From positions 6,440 through 70,439 of the forward strand of contig CAXTLC010000009.1 of the NCBI GenBank assembly GCA_964245075.1: DNA of 64,000 nt, in the 5' to 3' direction. The stretch comes from an uncultured Acetobacteraceae bacterium. Its GTDB lineage: Bacteria; Pseudomonadota; Alphaproteobacteria; Acetobacterales; Acetobacteraceae. Below the pieces are notes generated by a model. That model was not told where the DNA came from. It saw only the letters and a program-made list of their open reading frames with translations, and did no database searches. Made by a program: the position numbers and the translations under genes. Shown here piece after piece: positions 27,533 to 36,671 of this stretch (positions are counted from its first letter, which is position 1; each line of letters starts with the position of its first letter).

Positions 27533-28006
27533 ATGCCGACGCATGCCGAACACAAGCTGGTGCCCTACACGGACCAGCAGATGTTCGACCTAGTTGCCGA
27601 TGTCGGCAAGTACCACGATTTCCTGCCCTGGTGCGCCGGCTCCACCGTGCGCAGCCACACGGAAACGGAGCTGGTGGCGGACCTGACCATCGGCTTCGGC
27701 CCGTTCCGGGAAGGCTTCACCAGCCGGGTGGCGCTGGACAGCCCGAAGACGGTGAACGTGAAGTACGAGGACGGCCCGTTCCGCTACCTCAACAACCAGT
27801 GGACGTTCACCCCGGCGCCGAATGGCTGCCGGGTGGATTTCTACGTTGATTTCGAGTTTCGCAGCCGGCTGCTCCAATCCGCGATCGGCGTCGTGTTCAA
27901 CCAGGCGGTGCAGGCGATGGTGAAGGCGTTCCTCAAGCGTGCCCGGGACGTGTACGGCCGCCCCGCGGCGACCGTGAACGTGACGCCCGTCCCGGCCAAG
28001 ACCTGA
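27533..28006 (+). CDS. ratA: RatA/Coq10 (START-domain) protein
   Basis: MFDLVADVGKYHDFLPWC, FTSRV, GPFRYLNNQW; conserved position after lipA. Confidence 0.88.
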   Translation: MPTHAEHKLVPYTDQQMFDLVADVGKYHDFLPWCAGSTVRSHTETELVADLTIGFGPFREGFTSRVALDSPKTVNVKYEDGPFRYLNNQWTFTPAPNGCRVDFYVDFEFRSRLLQSAIGVVFNQAVQAMVKAFLKRARDVYGRPAATVNVTPVPAKT

Positions 28007-29067
28007 TGACCTTCGCCCCCCCGCCCTTCCGCTCGCCCGTGCCGGTGCGGGTGAACCTCTACTCCGACACGCAAACCCGCCCGACCCCCGCGATGAAGGC
28101 CGCGATGATGGAGGCGGAGGTAGGGGACGAGCAGAACGGCGACGACCCCACCGTCAACGCGCTGTGCGAGCGCATGGCCGCGTTGCTGGGCAAGGAAGCG
28201 GCGATGTTCCTGCCCACCGGCACCATGTGCAACCAGGTCTCCATCCTGGGCCATTGCCGCCCCGGCGACGAGATCGTGGCGCATGAGACCGCTCATATCC
28301 TCACCAGCGAGGGCGGCGCGCCGGGCGCCCTCGCCGGCGCGATGATCCTGGGCCTGCCCGGCGCTCACGGCCTGTTCGAGGCCGGGACGCTGCGCGCCGC
28401 GATCCGTCCCCGTTCCCGCTATTCTCCGCCGCAGACGCTGCTCGCGGTGGAACAGACCGCTAATTTCGGCGGCGGCGCGGTTTGGCCGCTCCAGGCGTTG
28501 AACGACGTGGCGGCGGTGGCCCACGAGCACGGCATGGCGACCCACATGGACGGCGCCCGGCTGATGAACGCGGTGGTGGCCACAGGCATCCCGGCGGCGG
28601 AGATGGTGGCCGGCTTCGATACGGTGTGGCTGGATTTCACCAAGGGGCTGGGCGCGCCCCTGGGCGCCGTGCTGGCCGGGTCGGCGGAGTTCATCGGCGC
28701 GGCATGGCGGTGGAAGCAGCGGCTCGGCGGCTCGCTGCGGCAGGGCGGCATCTGCGCCGCCGCGTGCCTTTACGCGCTGGATCACAACATCGGCCGCTTG
28801 GCCGAGGATCACGAGAATGCCCGCGCGCTCGCACGCGGCCTGGCGCAAACTCCCGGCTTCTCAGTGCAGACGCCCGAAACCAACCTCGTTTACATCGACA
28901 CCACCGACGCCGGCATGGACGCGGCGGAACTCGCCCGGCGCGCCGCGAGCCACGGCGTGCTCCTTTCCGTCATGGGTCGCCACCGTGCCCGTGCGTGCAC
29001 ACATCTCGACGTATCCGCCGCCCAGGTGGCGGAGGCGCTGGACGTGATCCGGGCGGCGGCGGCATGA
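28006..29067 (+). CDS. ltaE: Low-specificity L-threonine aldolase
   Basis: SDTQTRPT, GTMCNQ, HMDGARL, DFTKGLGAPLG PLP lysine. Confidence 0.88.
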   Translation: MTFAPPPFRSPVPVRVNLYSDTQTRPTPAMKAAMMEAEVGDEQNGDDPTVNALCERMAALLGKEAAMFLPTGTMCNQVSILGHCRPGDEIVAHETAHILTSEGGAPGALAGAMILGLPGAHGLFEAGTLRAAIRPRSRYSPPQTLLAVEQTANFGGGAVWPLQALNDVAAVAHEHGMATHMDGARLMNAVVATGIPAAEMVAGFDTVWLDFTKGLGAPLGAVLAGSAEFIGAAWRWKQRLGGSLRQGGICAAACLYALDHNIGRLAEDHENARALARGLAQTPGFSVQTPETNLVYIDTTDAGMDAAELARRAASHGVLLSVMGRHRARACTHLDVSAAQVAEALDVIRAAAA

Positions 29068-29099
29068 TGCCACCCGGTTACGAGTAGAGGATTCCGCCC

Positions 29100-29492
29100 A
29101 TGCGCCTTGCCCTCGCGGCTGCCGTCGTGTTGTTCAATTTCGCCGCCCAGGCGCAGACCCCGCTCACCGGCACCACCGGGCCGCTCGCATCCGACCCGCC
29201 CAGGACGAGCACTCCGCCCTCCTCCGCCGCCATCAGCCCGGGCACGGCGCAGACCGCCCCGGCATCCCGCCGGCACGCCCACCGCACCTTGCAGGAGCGC
29301 TTCGACGAGGCGAACACCACGCATGACGGCCACCTGACCGCCGAGCAGGCCCGTGCCAAGATGCCGTCCGTGGCGCGGGACTTCGCCGCGATCGACACGG
29401 GCAGCAAGGGCTATGTCACCCTGGACGAGATCCGCGCCCATGCCCGCAACCAGAGGGCCGCCCGCCGCGCCGCCCGGACGACCCAGCAGTGA
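29100..29492 (+). CDS. Exported EF-hand domain protein
   Basis: Signal peptide; DEANTTHDGHLTAEQ and DTGSKGYVTLDE EF-hand-like loops. Confidence 0.8.
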   Translation: MRLALAAAVVLFNFAAQAQTPLTGTTGPLASDPPRTSTPPSSAAISPGTAQTAPASRRHAHRTLQERFDEANTTHDGHLTAEQARAKMPSVARDFAAIDTGSKGYVTLDEIRAHARNQRAARRAARTTQQ

Positions 29493-29662
29493 CCGACGGC
29501 ACGCCGGAAGCGGTGGCATTCCGCTTGATGGAGAAAATCCTGGAGAGCATGCCCCAGCCGTCCGGCAAGGAAGAGCTGCTCAAGCTGTATGCCGAATGCA
29601 TCGCCACCGTGCGCGGGCCGGTGGCGGAGGACTTATTGCAGGCGCTCAGCTTGGACGATTAA
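29489..29662 (+). CDS. Small hypothetical protein (57 aa), translationally coupled
   Basis: GTGA overlap with the EF-hand gene stop; VTDGTPEAVAFRLMEKIL...ELLKLYAECIATVRG...; not in the ORF track. Confidence 0.55.
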   Translation: MTDGTPEAVAFRLMEKILESMPQPSGKEELLKLYAECIATVRGPVAEDLLQALSLDD

Positions 29663-29693
29663 GCGAACCCTCGCACGTACACTTTCAATTGTT

Positions 29694-29699
29694 TATACT
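29694..29699 (+). promoter_or_regulatory. -10 box (TATACT) 6 nt before ATG, probable leaderless promoter
   Basis: AT-rich TTTCAATTGTTTATACT-CGTACC-ATG; no Shine-Dalgarno. Confidence 0.45.
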
Positions 29700-29705
29700 C
29701 GTACC

Positions 29706-30779
29706 ATGGATGCTACCTTCCAAGACACGCAGGCTCGGCTTGCCCGGATCTGGACCGGGCTGCTGCCGGGCGGCGCGTCCAGCTCGCCGCTTGAGCCGGA
29801 GACCGACTTCTTCGAAGCGGGCGGCCACTCGCTCCTGGCTACGCGCATGCTGTCGCGGGTGCAGCAGGAGTTCGGCACCCAGATCACGCTGCCCCTGTTC
29901 TATCGCCAGCCGACCTTGGACGGCTTGGCGCGCGCGCTCGTGGCGGAGCCGCCGCCGCGCTATTTCCGCTTCGACCGGGTCACCCGGCTAGGGGGCGGCA
30001 GCCGCAAGCCCGTGTATGCCGTCGTGCACAGCAACGGCGCGTTCATGCCACTCGGCCAGCTCGTGGGTGAGCAGCATCCTTTCCTGGCGCTTCAAGCCGC
30101 CGATCGCCGTAGCGGCGCCCGGCTGCCTTCCACGGTGGAGGAGATCGCTGCCGGCTACGTCCGCCAGCTCCGTGTGCTGGAGCCGTCTGGGCCATACGTG
30201 CTGCTCGGCTGGTGTTTGGCGGGTAATCTGGCGTTCGAAGCGGCGCAGCAACTACGTGCCGCCGGTGAGAGGGTGGCGGCCGTCGTGCTGGTTGACACCT
30301 GGAACCCGGCCTACCTCGCGCAGATGAACCGGTTGCGGCGGCTTGTGGCCGAGCGCTCGTACGGGTTGCAGATAATCCTGACCGAACTCGGCAAGGTTCG
30401 GCGGGGACGGATGACGCTGAGGGCGTTCCTGCGCCGGCGCAACGTCATCCAGCATTTCATGGTGGAACCGGACGAGGTCGCGCCCGGCGCCGCCCCGGCC
30501 GGCTACCTAGCCGACCGCGCGTTCGACCAAGCCTTGCTCAACCAAGTCAAGCAGGCGTCCGGCCGCTACCGGCCCCGCCCGTATGACGGTGCCGTGTTGC
30601 TGATCCGCTCGTCCGAGGAGCCGGCCGGGTATGGGCTGGACCAGCGCTTCGGCTGGAGGCCGGTCGTGGGCGGCGGGCTGAGGATGCGCACCGTGCCCGG
30701 CAGTCATTTCTCCATCTTCCTGGAACCTGCCATCCACCTCCTTTCCCGATACGTGCGGGAGATCGCCGATGGCGGATGA
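29706..30779 (+). CDS. Stand-alone carrier protein (PP-binding) + thioesterase didomain with Cys nucleophile
   Basis: DFFEAGGHSLLA phosphopantetheine site; GWCLAG in place of GxSxG; VLVDTW; VPGSHFSI His. Confidence 0.85.
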   Translation: MDATFQDTQARLARIWTGLLPGGASSSPLEPETDFFEAGGHSLLATRMLSRVQQEFGTQITLPLFYRQPTLDGLARALVAEPPPRYFRFDRVTRLGGGSRKPVYAVVHSNGAFMPLGQLVGEQHPFLALQAADRRSGARLPSTVEEIAAGYVRQLRVLEPSGPYVLLGWCLAGNLAFEAAQQLRAAGERVAAVVLVDTWNPAYLAQMNRLRRLVAERSYGLQIILTELGKVRRGRMTLRAFLRRRNVIQHFMVEPDEVAPGAAPAGYLADRAFDQALLNQVKQASGRYRPRPYDGAVLLIRSSEEPAGYGLDQRFGWRPVVGGGLRMRTVPGSHFSIFLEPAIHLLSRYVREIADGG

Positions 30780-30854
30780 CCACGGCTTAACATTTGCTTC
30801 ATCGCCATCAGCCAGGTTGACGGCCTCGCGTAACCGCACCGGGAATGGGGTCAG

Positions 30855-31409
30855 ATGAGGGCTGTAACCGACTTTGCCGATTTGGCCGTGCTTCTGCCGG
30901 TCGCCTGCCTGGTCGCGCTGTTCATGGGCGTGGCAGGCTGGTGGCGCGGCCTGCTTGCCTGGGTTTTTTCAGTCGGCGGCACCTTGGCAGTGATGTTCGT
31001 GCTCAAGGCGGCGGGCGCCGCGCTGGCCGATGACCCGTTGGGGACCGACGCGGCAAGCCCGAGCGGGCACGTTGCGGCGGCATGCGTCGTTTACGGCGGT
31101 CTAGCGGTCCTGCTGCTGCGCGGCCGCATGTCGGCGCCGTTCCTATTCGTGGCGCCCGGGGCCGTCGCGCTTGTTATCGGCTATTCCCGCATCGAGCTGC
31201 TGGCCCACAGCTTGGGTGAGGTCGTGAGCGGCGCGGCCGTGGGGTACGCGGGCGTGGCAGTCCTGGCGGCGACGGCCGGGCCGCGGCCGCGGCTCGCCGC
31301 CTGGCCGGTGATGGCGGTCACCGCGGTGACGGCCTGCGCGATGCTCGCCTGCCACGGCCTCCATCTGGGCGCGGAGGCAGCGATCCGTTCCGCTTTCCTG
31401 CCGCGATGA
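30855..31409 (+). CDS. PAP2-family membrane phosphatase/phosphotransferase
   Basis: SPSGH and SRIELLAHSLGE motifs, about 6 TM helices; the KxxxxxxRP motif is degenerate. Confidence 0.75.
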   Translation: MRAVTDFADLAVLLPVACLVALFMGVAGWWRGLLAWVFSVGGTLAVMFVLKAAGAALADDPLGTDAASPSGHVAAACVVYGGLAVLLLRGRMSAPFLFVAPGAVALVIGYSRIELLAHSLGEVVSGAAVGYAGVAVLAATAGPRPRLAAWPVMAVTAVTACAMLACHGLHLGAEAAIRSAFLPR

Positions 31410-31419
31410 CGTCACGAAG

Positions 31420-32580
31420 GTGAAAGGGTCCGCGCTGGCCGGCTGGGCGGCCCCGGGCACGCTCGCCATCATCGCCGGGCCGGGCGAGCCGGTGTTCCCA
31501 CACGCGTGGCGGCGGGCGACCGTGCTGTGCATGGGCCTGCTCGCCACGGCCGCGTCCGTTGAAGCCGTTTGGCTGCTGGATCAACCGGATACCGTGCTCC
31601 AGACCCGTATCGTGGCTGACGGCGGCGCTGCCGGGCGAGGGGCGCTTGCCGCCATGGCGATGCGCTTCGCCACCGATCCTGAGCATCGCGTGCTGCTGGG
31701 GGACGGCGGAGGCACGCTGCTGGTCACGGTGCAGGACCGTGATGCCGCCATTGCCCGGGAACGCCTGCAATCGATGGTCGACACCATTCTGAACATGCCC
31801 GCCGCTGCCGCAACGCCTGTCGCGCCGAGGCCGGCCGGCTCGGCTTTGGTGGAGGAACGCTTGCGCCTCCAGGCCGCGTCCGATGCCTTGGAAACGCGCG
31901 CGGCGGATCTGTCGGCGGCGTTGACCGCGGTGACCCGGGACTTGGCCGCATCCCTGCGCAATGCGGCGGACCGCCGGGCAGGGGGCTCCGTGTCGGGCAA
32001 AGGGGCTGCGGTGCTGGCTGACCTACAGCTTCAGCGTTTCACCCTGCTCACGAAATACCAGAGCGACTTTCCCGCCATCGTCGCCTTGGAAGGCCAGATC
32101 CGGGACCTCAAGGCGTTCCTGGCGGACAGCGCTCACCGGGCTGACTCCCACCTGCCCGGTCCCGAGCCGGCCGACGCGGTGTTGTTGGCCGAGCGGGACA
32201 GGCTGCGGAGCGAACTCGCCAGCTTGGACACCCGCCGCGGCACTCTGGGCGCGGAGTTGGCTTCCCTGGACAATCGGCCAGCCGACGTGCCGCCCGCGGC
32301 CCTTGCCAATCCGGCTTTGGCCGTACCGATCCTGGTTGAAGCAGCGACCATGAGCGGCCTCGGCCCAGATACGCGTCCCGGCGCGATGGCCGCCGTGAGC
32401 CTGGCAGGCTTGCTGTTGTCTCTCCTGTCGTTGCGGGCCGGCCGGCGCCGGGCGGCTGCCATGCCCCATCTGCGTTCGCTGATGCTTGACCGGGAGGAAG
32501 CGGCAGCATTGCCCGCCGGTTCCGAGCTGATGATCGTGCAACTGCCGTCGGAGGCCGCGCTCCGCTACAACCGTTCGTAG
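31420..32580 (+). CDS. Divergent polysaccharide co-polymerase (Wzz/GumC-like) paralogue
   Basis: Two TM segments flanking a coiled coil; LQLQRFTLLTKYQSDFPAIVALEGQI aligns with LEVERRDLLTRYQDDFPLVRDVDQQI of the 33218-34759 protein. Confidence 0.6.
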   Translation: MKGSALAGWAAPGTLAIIAGPGEPVFPHAWRRATVLCMGLLATAASVEAVWLLDQPDTVLQTRIVADGGAAGRGALAAMAMRFATDPEHRVLLGDGGGTLLVTVQDRDAAIARERLQSMVDTILNMPAAAATPVAPRPAGSALVEERLRLQAASDALETRAADLSAALTAVTRDLAASLRNAADRRAGGSVSGKGAAVLADLQLQRFTLLTKYQSDFPAIVALEGQIRDLKAFLADSAHRADSHLPGPEPADAVLLAERDRLRSELASLDTRRGTLGAELASLDNRPADVPPAALANPALAVPILVEAATMSGLGPDTRPGAMAAVSLAGLLLSLLSLRAGRRRAAAMPHLRSLMLDREEAAALPAGSELMIVQLPSEAALRYNRS

Positions 32581-33221
32581 GCAGCGCGCGGCACGTGAAA
32601 GCGCCGCTTGTTCAGGATCACCCCGGCGATGTGGCCGCCCACTTCGGCCAGCCGGTCGCGCAGGGCGCGAACGGCGCTGGCGCGGGTGCTTTCCGCTGCC
32701 ACCACCATCAAGTTGGAGTCCACCACTGAGGCCAGCGCCGTGCCCGTGAACGCGCGCTGCGCGGACGGCGCGTCTACCAGCACCATCCCGAACCGGGGCC
32801 GCAGCTCCTTGATCAGCATGGACCAGGCCGCAGGTTGCAGCGCCGATCCGGCCGGCGCCGCGACCACGAGCGGGCTGGCGCTCACCCGGTGCATCTCCAG
32901 CGCCGCCGGCGCGTCCGTCAACTGGCGAAGCCCGGCCGGCATGCCATACACGCTGCGCGGCCAATCCGCCCCGCCCCGCCCCGCCGGCTCGGTGGCCAGC
33001 AGGAGCGTGTCGAGGCCCAGTATGCCGGCGGCCACCAGGCTGATGTCACGCGCGAGGGTGGACACGCCTTCGCCATTGCGGGCGGCGATCAGCTGCACGA
33101 CGGACGTGCTGGGCCGGTCCTGCCGCAGCACGTAGATCAACTGGCTTGCCTCCGGCACGCTCAGCAGCAGGGGGGGCGGCAAGCCGGCCAGGTTCGGGTC
33201 GGCGTCGATGACGGCGCTCAA
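32565..33221 (-). CDS. CpsD/CapB (Wzc kinase-domain)-like P-loop protein with degenerate Walker A
   Basis: AARNGEGVST, VLVDAP, LMVVAAESTR, GVILNKRR. Confidence 0.8.
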   Translation of the reverse strand: MSAVIDADPNLAGLPPPLLLSVPEASQLIYVLRQDRPSTSVVQLIAARNGEGVSTLARDISLVAAGILGLDTLLLATEPAGRGGADWPRSVYGMPAGLRQLTDAPAALEMHRVSASPLVVAAPAGSALQPAAWSMLIKELRPRFGMVLVDAPSAQRAFTGTALASVVDSNLMVVAAESTRASAVRALRDRLAEVGGHIAGVILNKRRFHVPRAAYERL

Positions 33222-34759
33222 ACGCCGAAACTCGGGCGTTCCGCGCCACGGCGGGCCCTGGCGCGGGGCGCCGGCTGGCGGCGCCGGGCCGGGAGCAGCG
33301 GCACCGCCATCAAGACCGGCAGGGCCAGTTGCCGTTCCACGTCGCGGACGTTGATGAAGATTTGCCGCGTCGCATTCAGCAGCGCGAACATGCTGACCGC
33401 GCCCAGCACGCCCAGCACGAAGCCGCCTGCAAACAGCAGGATGCGCGGGTTGCGCCCGTTCAAGGGCGCGTCCGGCGGTTGGACCACGCGCACGTTGGCG
33501 CCGCGCGCCCGCTCCAAGGCGTCCGACAGCGCCGTTTCCTCGCTGCTGCGGGCAATCGACCGGTAGCTCTGATCCAGCACGTCCCGCGTGCGCTGCAAAT
33601 CCCGGTATTGGCGCGCCAGCCCGATCAGCTCGTCCGTACGGGATTGCAACCGGGCGGCGTCAGCTTCCAGTTGCGTTTTCTTGGCCGTCAAGCCCTGCAA
33701 CTGGGCCGAAAGGGTGATCTCCTCCCGGTGCAGATCATCGAACACGGTGTTGCGGCCGGTGCGGGTGATGTTACCCTCCCGTCCCTGGTTGCCGTTGATC
33801 TGCCGGCGCAACGCGGCGATCTGCTGGTCAACGTCGCGCACCAGCGGGAAATCGTCCTGATAGCGGGTGAGCAGATCCCGGCGCTCGACTTCCAGCTTGA
33901 GGAGGCTGTCCGTCAGCCCGGTGGATTGCTGCGACCGGCCGCTCTCGGCGAACATCTGCACGGTCGAGGGCACGGACACCAGCTCCCGGTGCAGCGCCTC
34001 GACCCGGGCTGCGATCTCGCCGATCTGCTGGGCGTTGGTGCTCTGCTGAGCGGTGTTGTCCGCCTTCTGCCGGAGTTGCAAGCTGATCTGCTCGTCCAGG
34101 TTGCTGATGCCGTGCTCGATGCCGAACTGCGCAAGCGTCTCCTCCGCCTGGCGCAGCCGCTCGGCGAACCGGTCCCGCTGGGAAGCCACGCCGCTCTGCG
34201 GCTGCGCCTTGTCGAAGATGCCGGAGCGGTAGGTGATATAGTGCGAGATCAAGTCCTGCAGCACCCGGATGGCGACCGCACGGTCCGGGTTGCGCAGGCT
34301 CAACTCCAGGACGTTGGATTGCGGGATGCTGGTGATGACGAGATCGTTGGCGAAGCGGGTGACGGCGGCCCGCAGGGCGGAGCCGTCCCGCGGCAGGCCG
34401 GGGTAAACCACATCCGGCCCGATCCCCCCCAGCACCTCGGACGCCAGCGCCGGGCTTTGTAGGATCTGCAATTCGCCCTGGATGATCTGGTTGCGGTCCA
34501 GCGTGATGTCGTTGCCGGTATCCCGGTTGCCGGGATGGAAGACGTAGTCGCTGCCATACAGCACCAGCAGCCGGGCGGAGGCGACGTGAGTGGTGCGCGC
34601 CAGCAATCCGGCGCCGATGCCCAGCAGCGCGGGTATGACGAACGCCAGCGCCATCGCCCGCTTGTAGTAGAACAGCGCGGTCAGCAGGTCCCGCAGGCTG
34701 AACGCGGAGAATGCGTTGGACCGAAGCCGGGCTTCCTCGCCCTGAGCCGCCGCGCTCAC
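33218..34759 (-). CDS. Polysaccharide chain-length regulator / co-polymerase (GumC/Wzz-like)
   Basis: SLRDLLTALFYYKR TM1, long coiled coil, NVRVVQPP, TM2, DVERQLALPVL; GTG start inferred. Confidence 0.88.
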   Translation of the reverse strand: MSAAAQGEEARLRSNAFSAFSLRDLLTALFYYKRAMALAFVIPALLGIGAGLLARTTHVASARLLVLYGSDYVFHPGNRDTGNDITLDRNQIIQGELQILQSPALASEVLGGIGPDVVYPGLPRDGSALRAAVTRFANDLVITSIPQSNVLELSLRNPDRAVAIRVLQDLISHYITYRSGIFDKAQPQSGVASQRDRFAERLRQAEETLAQFGIEHGISNLDEQISLQLRQKADNTAQQSTNAQQIGEIAARVEALHRELVSVPSTVQMFAESGRSQQSTGLTDSLLKLEVERRDLLTRYQDDFPLVRDVDQQIAALRRQINGNQGREGNITRTGRNTVFDDLHREEITLSAQLQGLTAKKTQLEADAARLQSRTDELIGLARQYRDLQRTRDVLDQSYRSIARSSEETALSDALERARGANVRVVQPPDAPLNGRNPRILLFAGGFVLGVLGAVSMFALLNATRQIFINVRDVERQLALPVLMAVPLLPARRRQPAPRARARRGAERPSFGV

Positions 34760-34896
34760 GCAACGGTGCCGGGTTTTAGCCTGAATACGTACAAAACCAT
34801 GTCGGCAGAGTACATGAAAACGCCGCATCCGGGAAGTCTGCGGCTAGCACAAATGTACTAAACATGGCATATCTCTGTATGTCTTTCACCTCTGCC

Positions 34897-35622
34897 ATGG
34901 GATGGTCCTTGCGCGCCCGATTGATCCTGGCTGTGCTTCTGGTGCTGGAAAGCGCCTGCGCGCAGCATGTTGAGGTGGTGCCCACGCGGGTGGACGGGTT
35001 TGCCCCCTGGTCCGACGAGGTGCCGCCGCACCGCTTGACGGCTGGGGACGAGATCGACCTGCACTTCCTGGTCAACCCCGAACTGAACGACGCCAAGCTG
35101 GTGATCGGCCCGGATGGCCGGGTCACGGTGCCGTTGCTCGGCCCGGTGCTGGCGGACGGCCTGACAGTGGCGGAGTTCCGGGCCAAGCTGGAAGCCGGCT
35201 ACGCATCCAAGCTGCGCGTGGCGGACCTGGACGTGGTTGTCCGCACGTACGGCTCTGCGCGCATCTACGTGGGCGGCGAGGTGAAGGCGCCCGGCGTCCT
35301 GCCGTTGCAGGGGCCCACGGACGTGTTGCAGGGCGTGATGATGGCCGGCGGCATGCTGAACACGGCGCGGTCAGGCGAGGTGGTGCTGATCCGGCGGCGG
35401 GCAGACCACGTGCCGATGCTGCGAACCCTGAACCTGCGCCGTTTCGCCGGCTCGGCGGACCCGCGGGACGACGTGCGGCTGCAAGCGTCCGACGTGATCT
35501 ACGTTCCCAAATCCAGCATCGCGGAGTTCGACCTGTTCGTCGACCAGTACCTCAACCAGTCGCTGCCGTTCACCAGGTCGCTCAACTACAATGTCGGCGG
35601 CCTCAGCCAATCGTTGTTTTGA
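34897..35622 (+). CDS. Polysaccharide export outer-membrane lipoprotein (Wza/GumB-like)
   Basis: Lipoprotein-like Cys (SAC), HRLTAGD, IGPDGRVTVPLLG, YVGGEVKAPG SLBB, LQASDVIYVP. Confidence 0.9.
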   Translation: MGWSLRARLILAVLLVLESACAQHVEVVPTRVDGFAPWSDEVPPHRLTAGDEIDLHFLVNPELNDAKLVIGPDGRVTVPLLGPVLADGLTVAEFRAKLEAGYASKLRVADLDVVVRTYGSARIYVGGEVKAPGVLPLQGPTDVLQGVMMAGGMLNTARSGEVVLIRRRADHVPMLRTLNLRRFAGSADPRDDVRLQASDVIYVPKSSIAEFDLFVDQYLNQSLPFTRSLNYNVGGLSQSLF

Positions 35623-35640
35623 CGCTTGGCCCTTTTCTCC

Positions 35641-36606
35641 TCACCAGTCCCGCACCGTCCGCCGCCTCAGGTGGCCGAGCAGCCGGGCTGCCCGCAGCAC
35701 GCGCGTCTTGCGCCGCCACTCGGCGGCCGTGAACGACCGGATCGGCCCGTCGGCATACTGCCAGAAGGCGAGATGCGGCTGGTCCGGCGGGAAGCCGATG
35801 GCGGCGTCCCGAAGGTAGTTCCTTGCCCAGGGCTTATCGAAGATCATGGCGTGCGACATGACCTGCGCGGACGGGAACGCGTCCATCGCCTCGACCCCCA
35901 GGACGCCGAACGGGGTGTCGGTCGCCTGCACGGCCGCGTTCAGCAGGTCCTGGTCCATCTTGGCCCACTCAGGCTTGCCGCTGCGGTCCACCAGCCGGCT
36001 CATGTCGGCGCCGTCGGCCGCGTGCAGGTCCAGCAGGCGTTCCCAGGCGTGCAGGAAGCCGAGTTCCGCAGCGTTGACGCCGACGCAGCCGCTGTTGAAG
36101 TAGCCGCTCACTGCCCGGTGCCCCAGCCCGGCGCGTTCGGCCAGCGCGCGCCATTCACGGCGGAACAGGTGGCTCGGCGGCATGAACGTTTCAGACAGGT
36201 CCAGCACCAGCACCAGCCCAGCCTCGGCCCACCGGGCGAAGCTGGTCCAGGCAGTTTTCAGCACGATGTCCACGTCGAAGTACCAGATGCTCGCCGGCTC
36301 GGGATGCAGTTCGGCCGCGACCTGCAACATGAAGTGCGGCTTCCGGTTGCCCAGGTGCCACGTTCCGGCGACGGGCACGAAGCGGATGTCCACGCCGGGC
36401 GCCAAGGCCAGCGCCGCTCCGGCCGCCGGGCTGACCGGGCCGTCCCAATGCGGCAAAGCGCCGCGGTAGCCGACGACCAAGTGCCCGGTGAAGCCGTGGC
36501 GGACAGCCGAGTTGGCCAGCGCCGCCGCACCGTGGAAGTAGCTGCCTTCTGCCAGCATGCAGATGACGTGCGGCTTAGCATCCATGATGTCTCCAACTTT
36601 GTTCAT
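35641..36606 (-). CDS. Putative GT8-like glycosyltransferase
   Basis: YFDVDIV (DxD), YFNSGCV, DQDLLN, H...KPW; motif order matches GT8. Confidence 0.65.
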   Translation of the reverse strand: MNKVGDIMDAKPHVICMLAEGSYFHGAAALANSAVRHGFTGHLVVGYRGALPHWDGPVSPAAGAALALAPGVDIRFVPVAGTWHLGNRKPHFMLQVAAELHPEPASIWYFDVDIVLKTAWTSFARWAEAGLVLVLDLSETFMPPSHLFRREWRALAERAGLGHRAVSGYFNSGCVGVNAAELGFLHAWERLLDLHAADGADMSRLVDRSGKPEWAKMDQDLLNAAVQATDTPFGVLGVEAMDAFPSAQVMSHAMIFDKPWARNYLRDAAIGFPPDQPHLAFWQYADGPIRSFTAAEWRRKTRVLRAARLLGHLRRRTVRDW

Positions 36607-36671
36607 GGTGGTCTGCCATCCTGGCGCCCGGCCGGTCTGCTGTTGTGGCACCGCCCTCGTAGGATGCGCTC

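Noticed and set aside
27533-28006. RatA as an active toxin-antitoxin module
   Set aside because: No ratB/pasI partner; lipA-adjacent Coq10-type genes are housekeeping.
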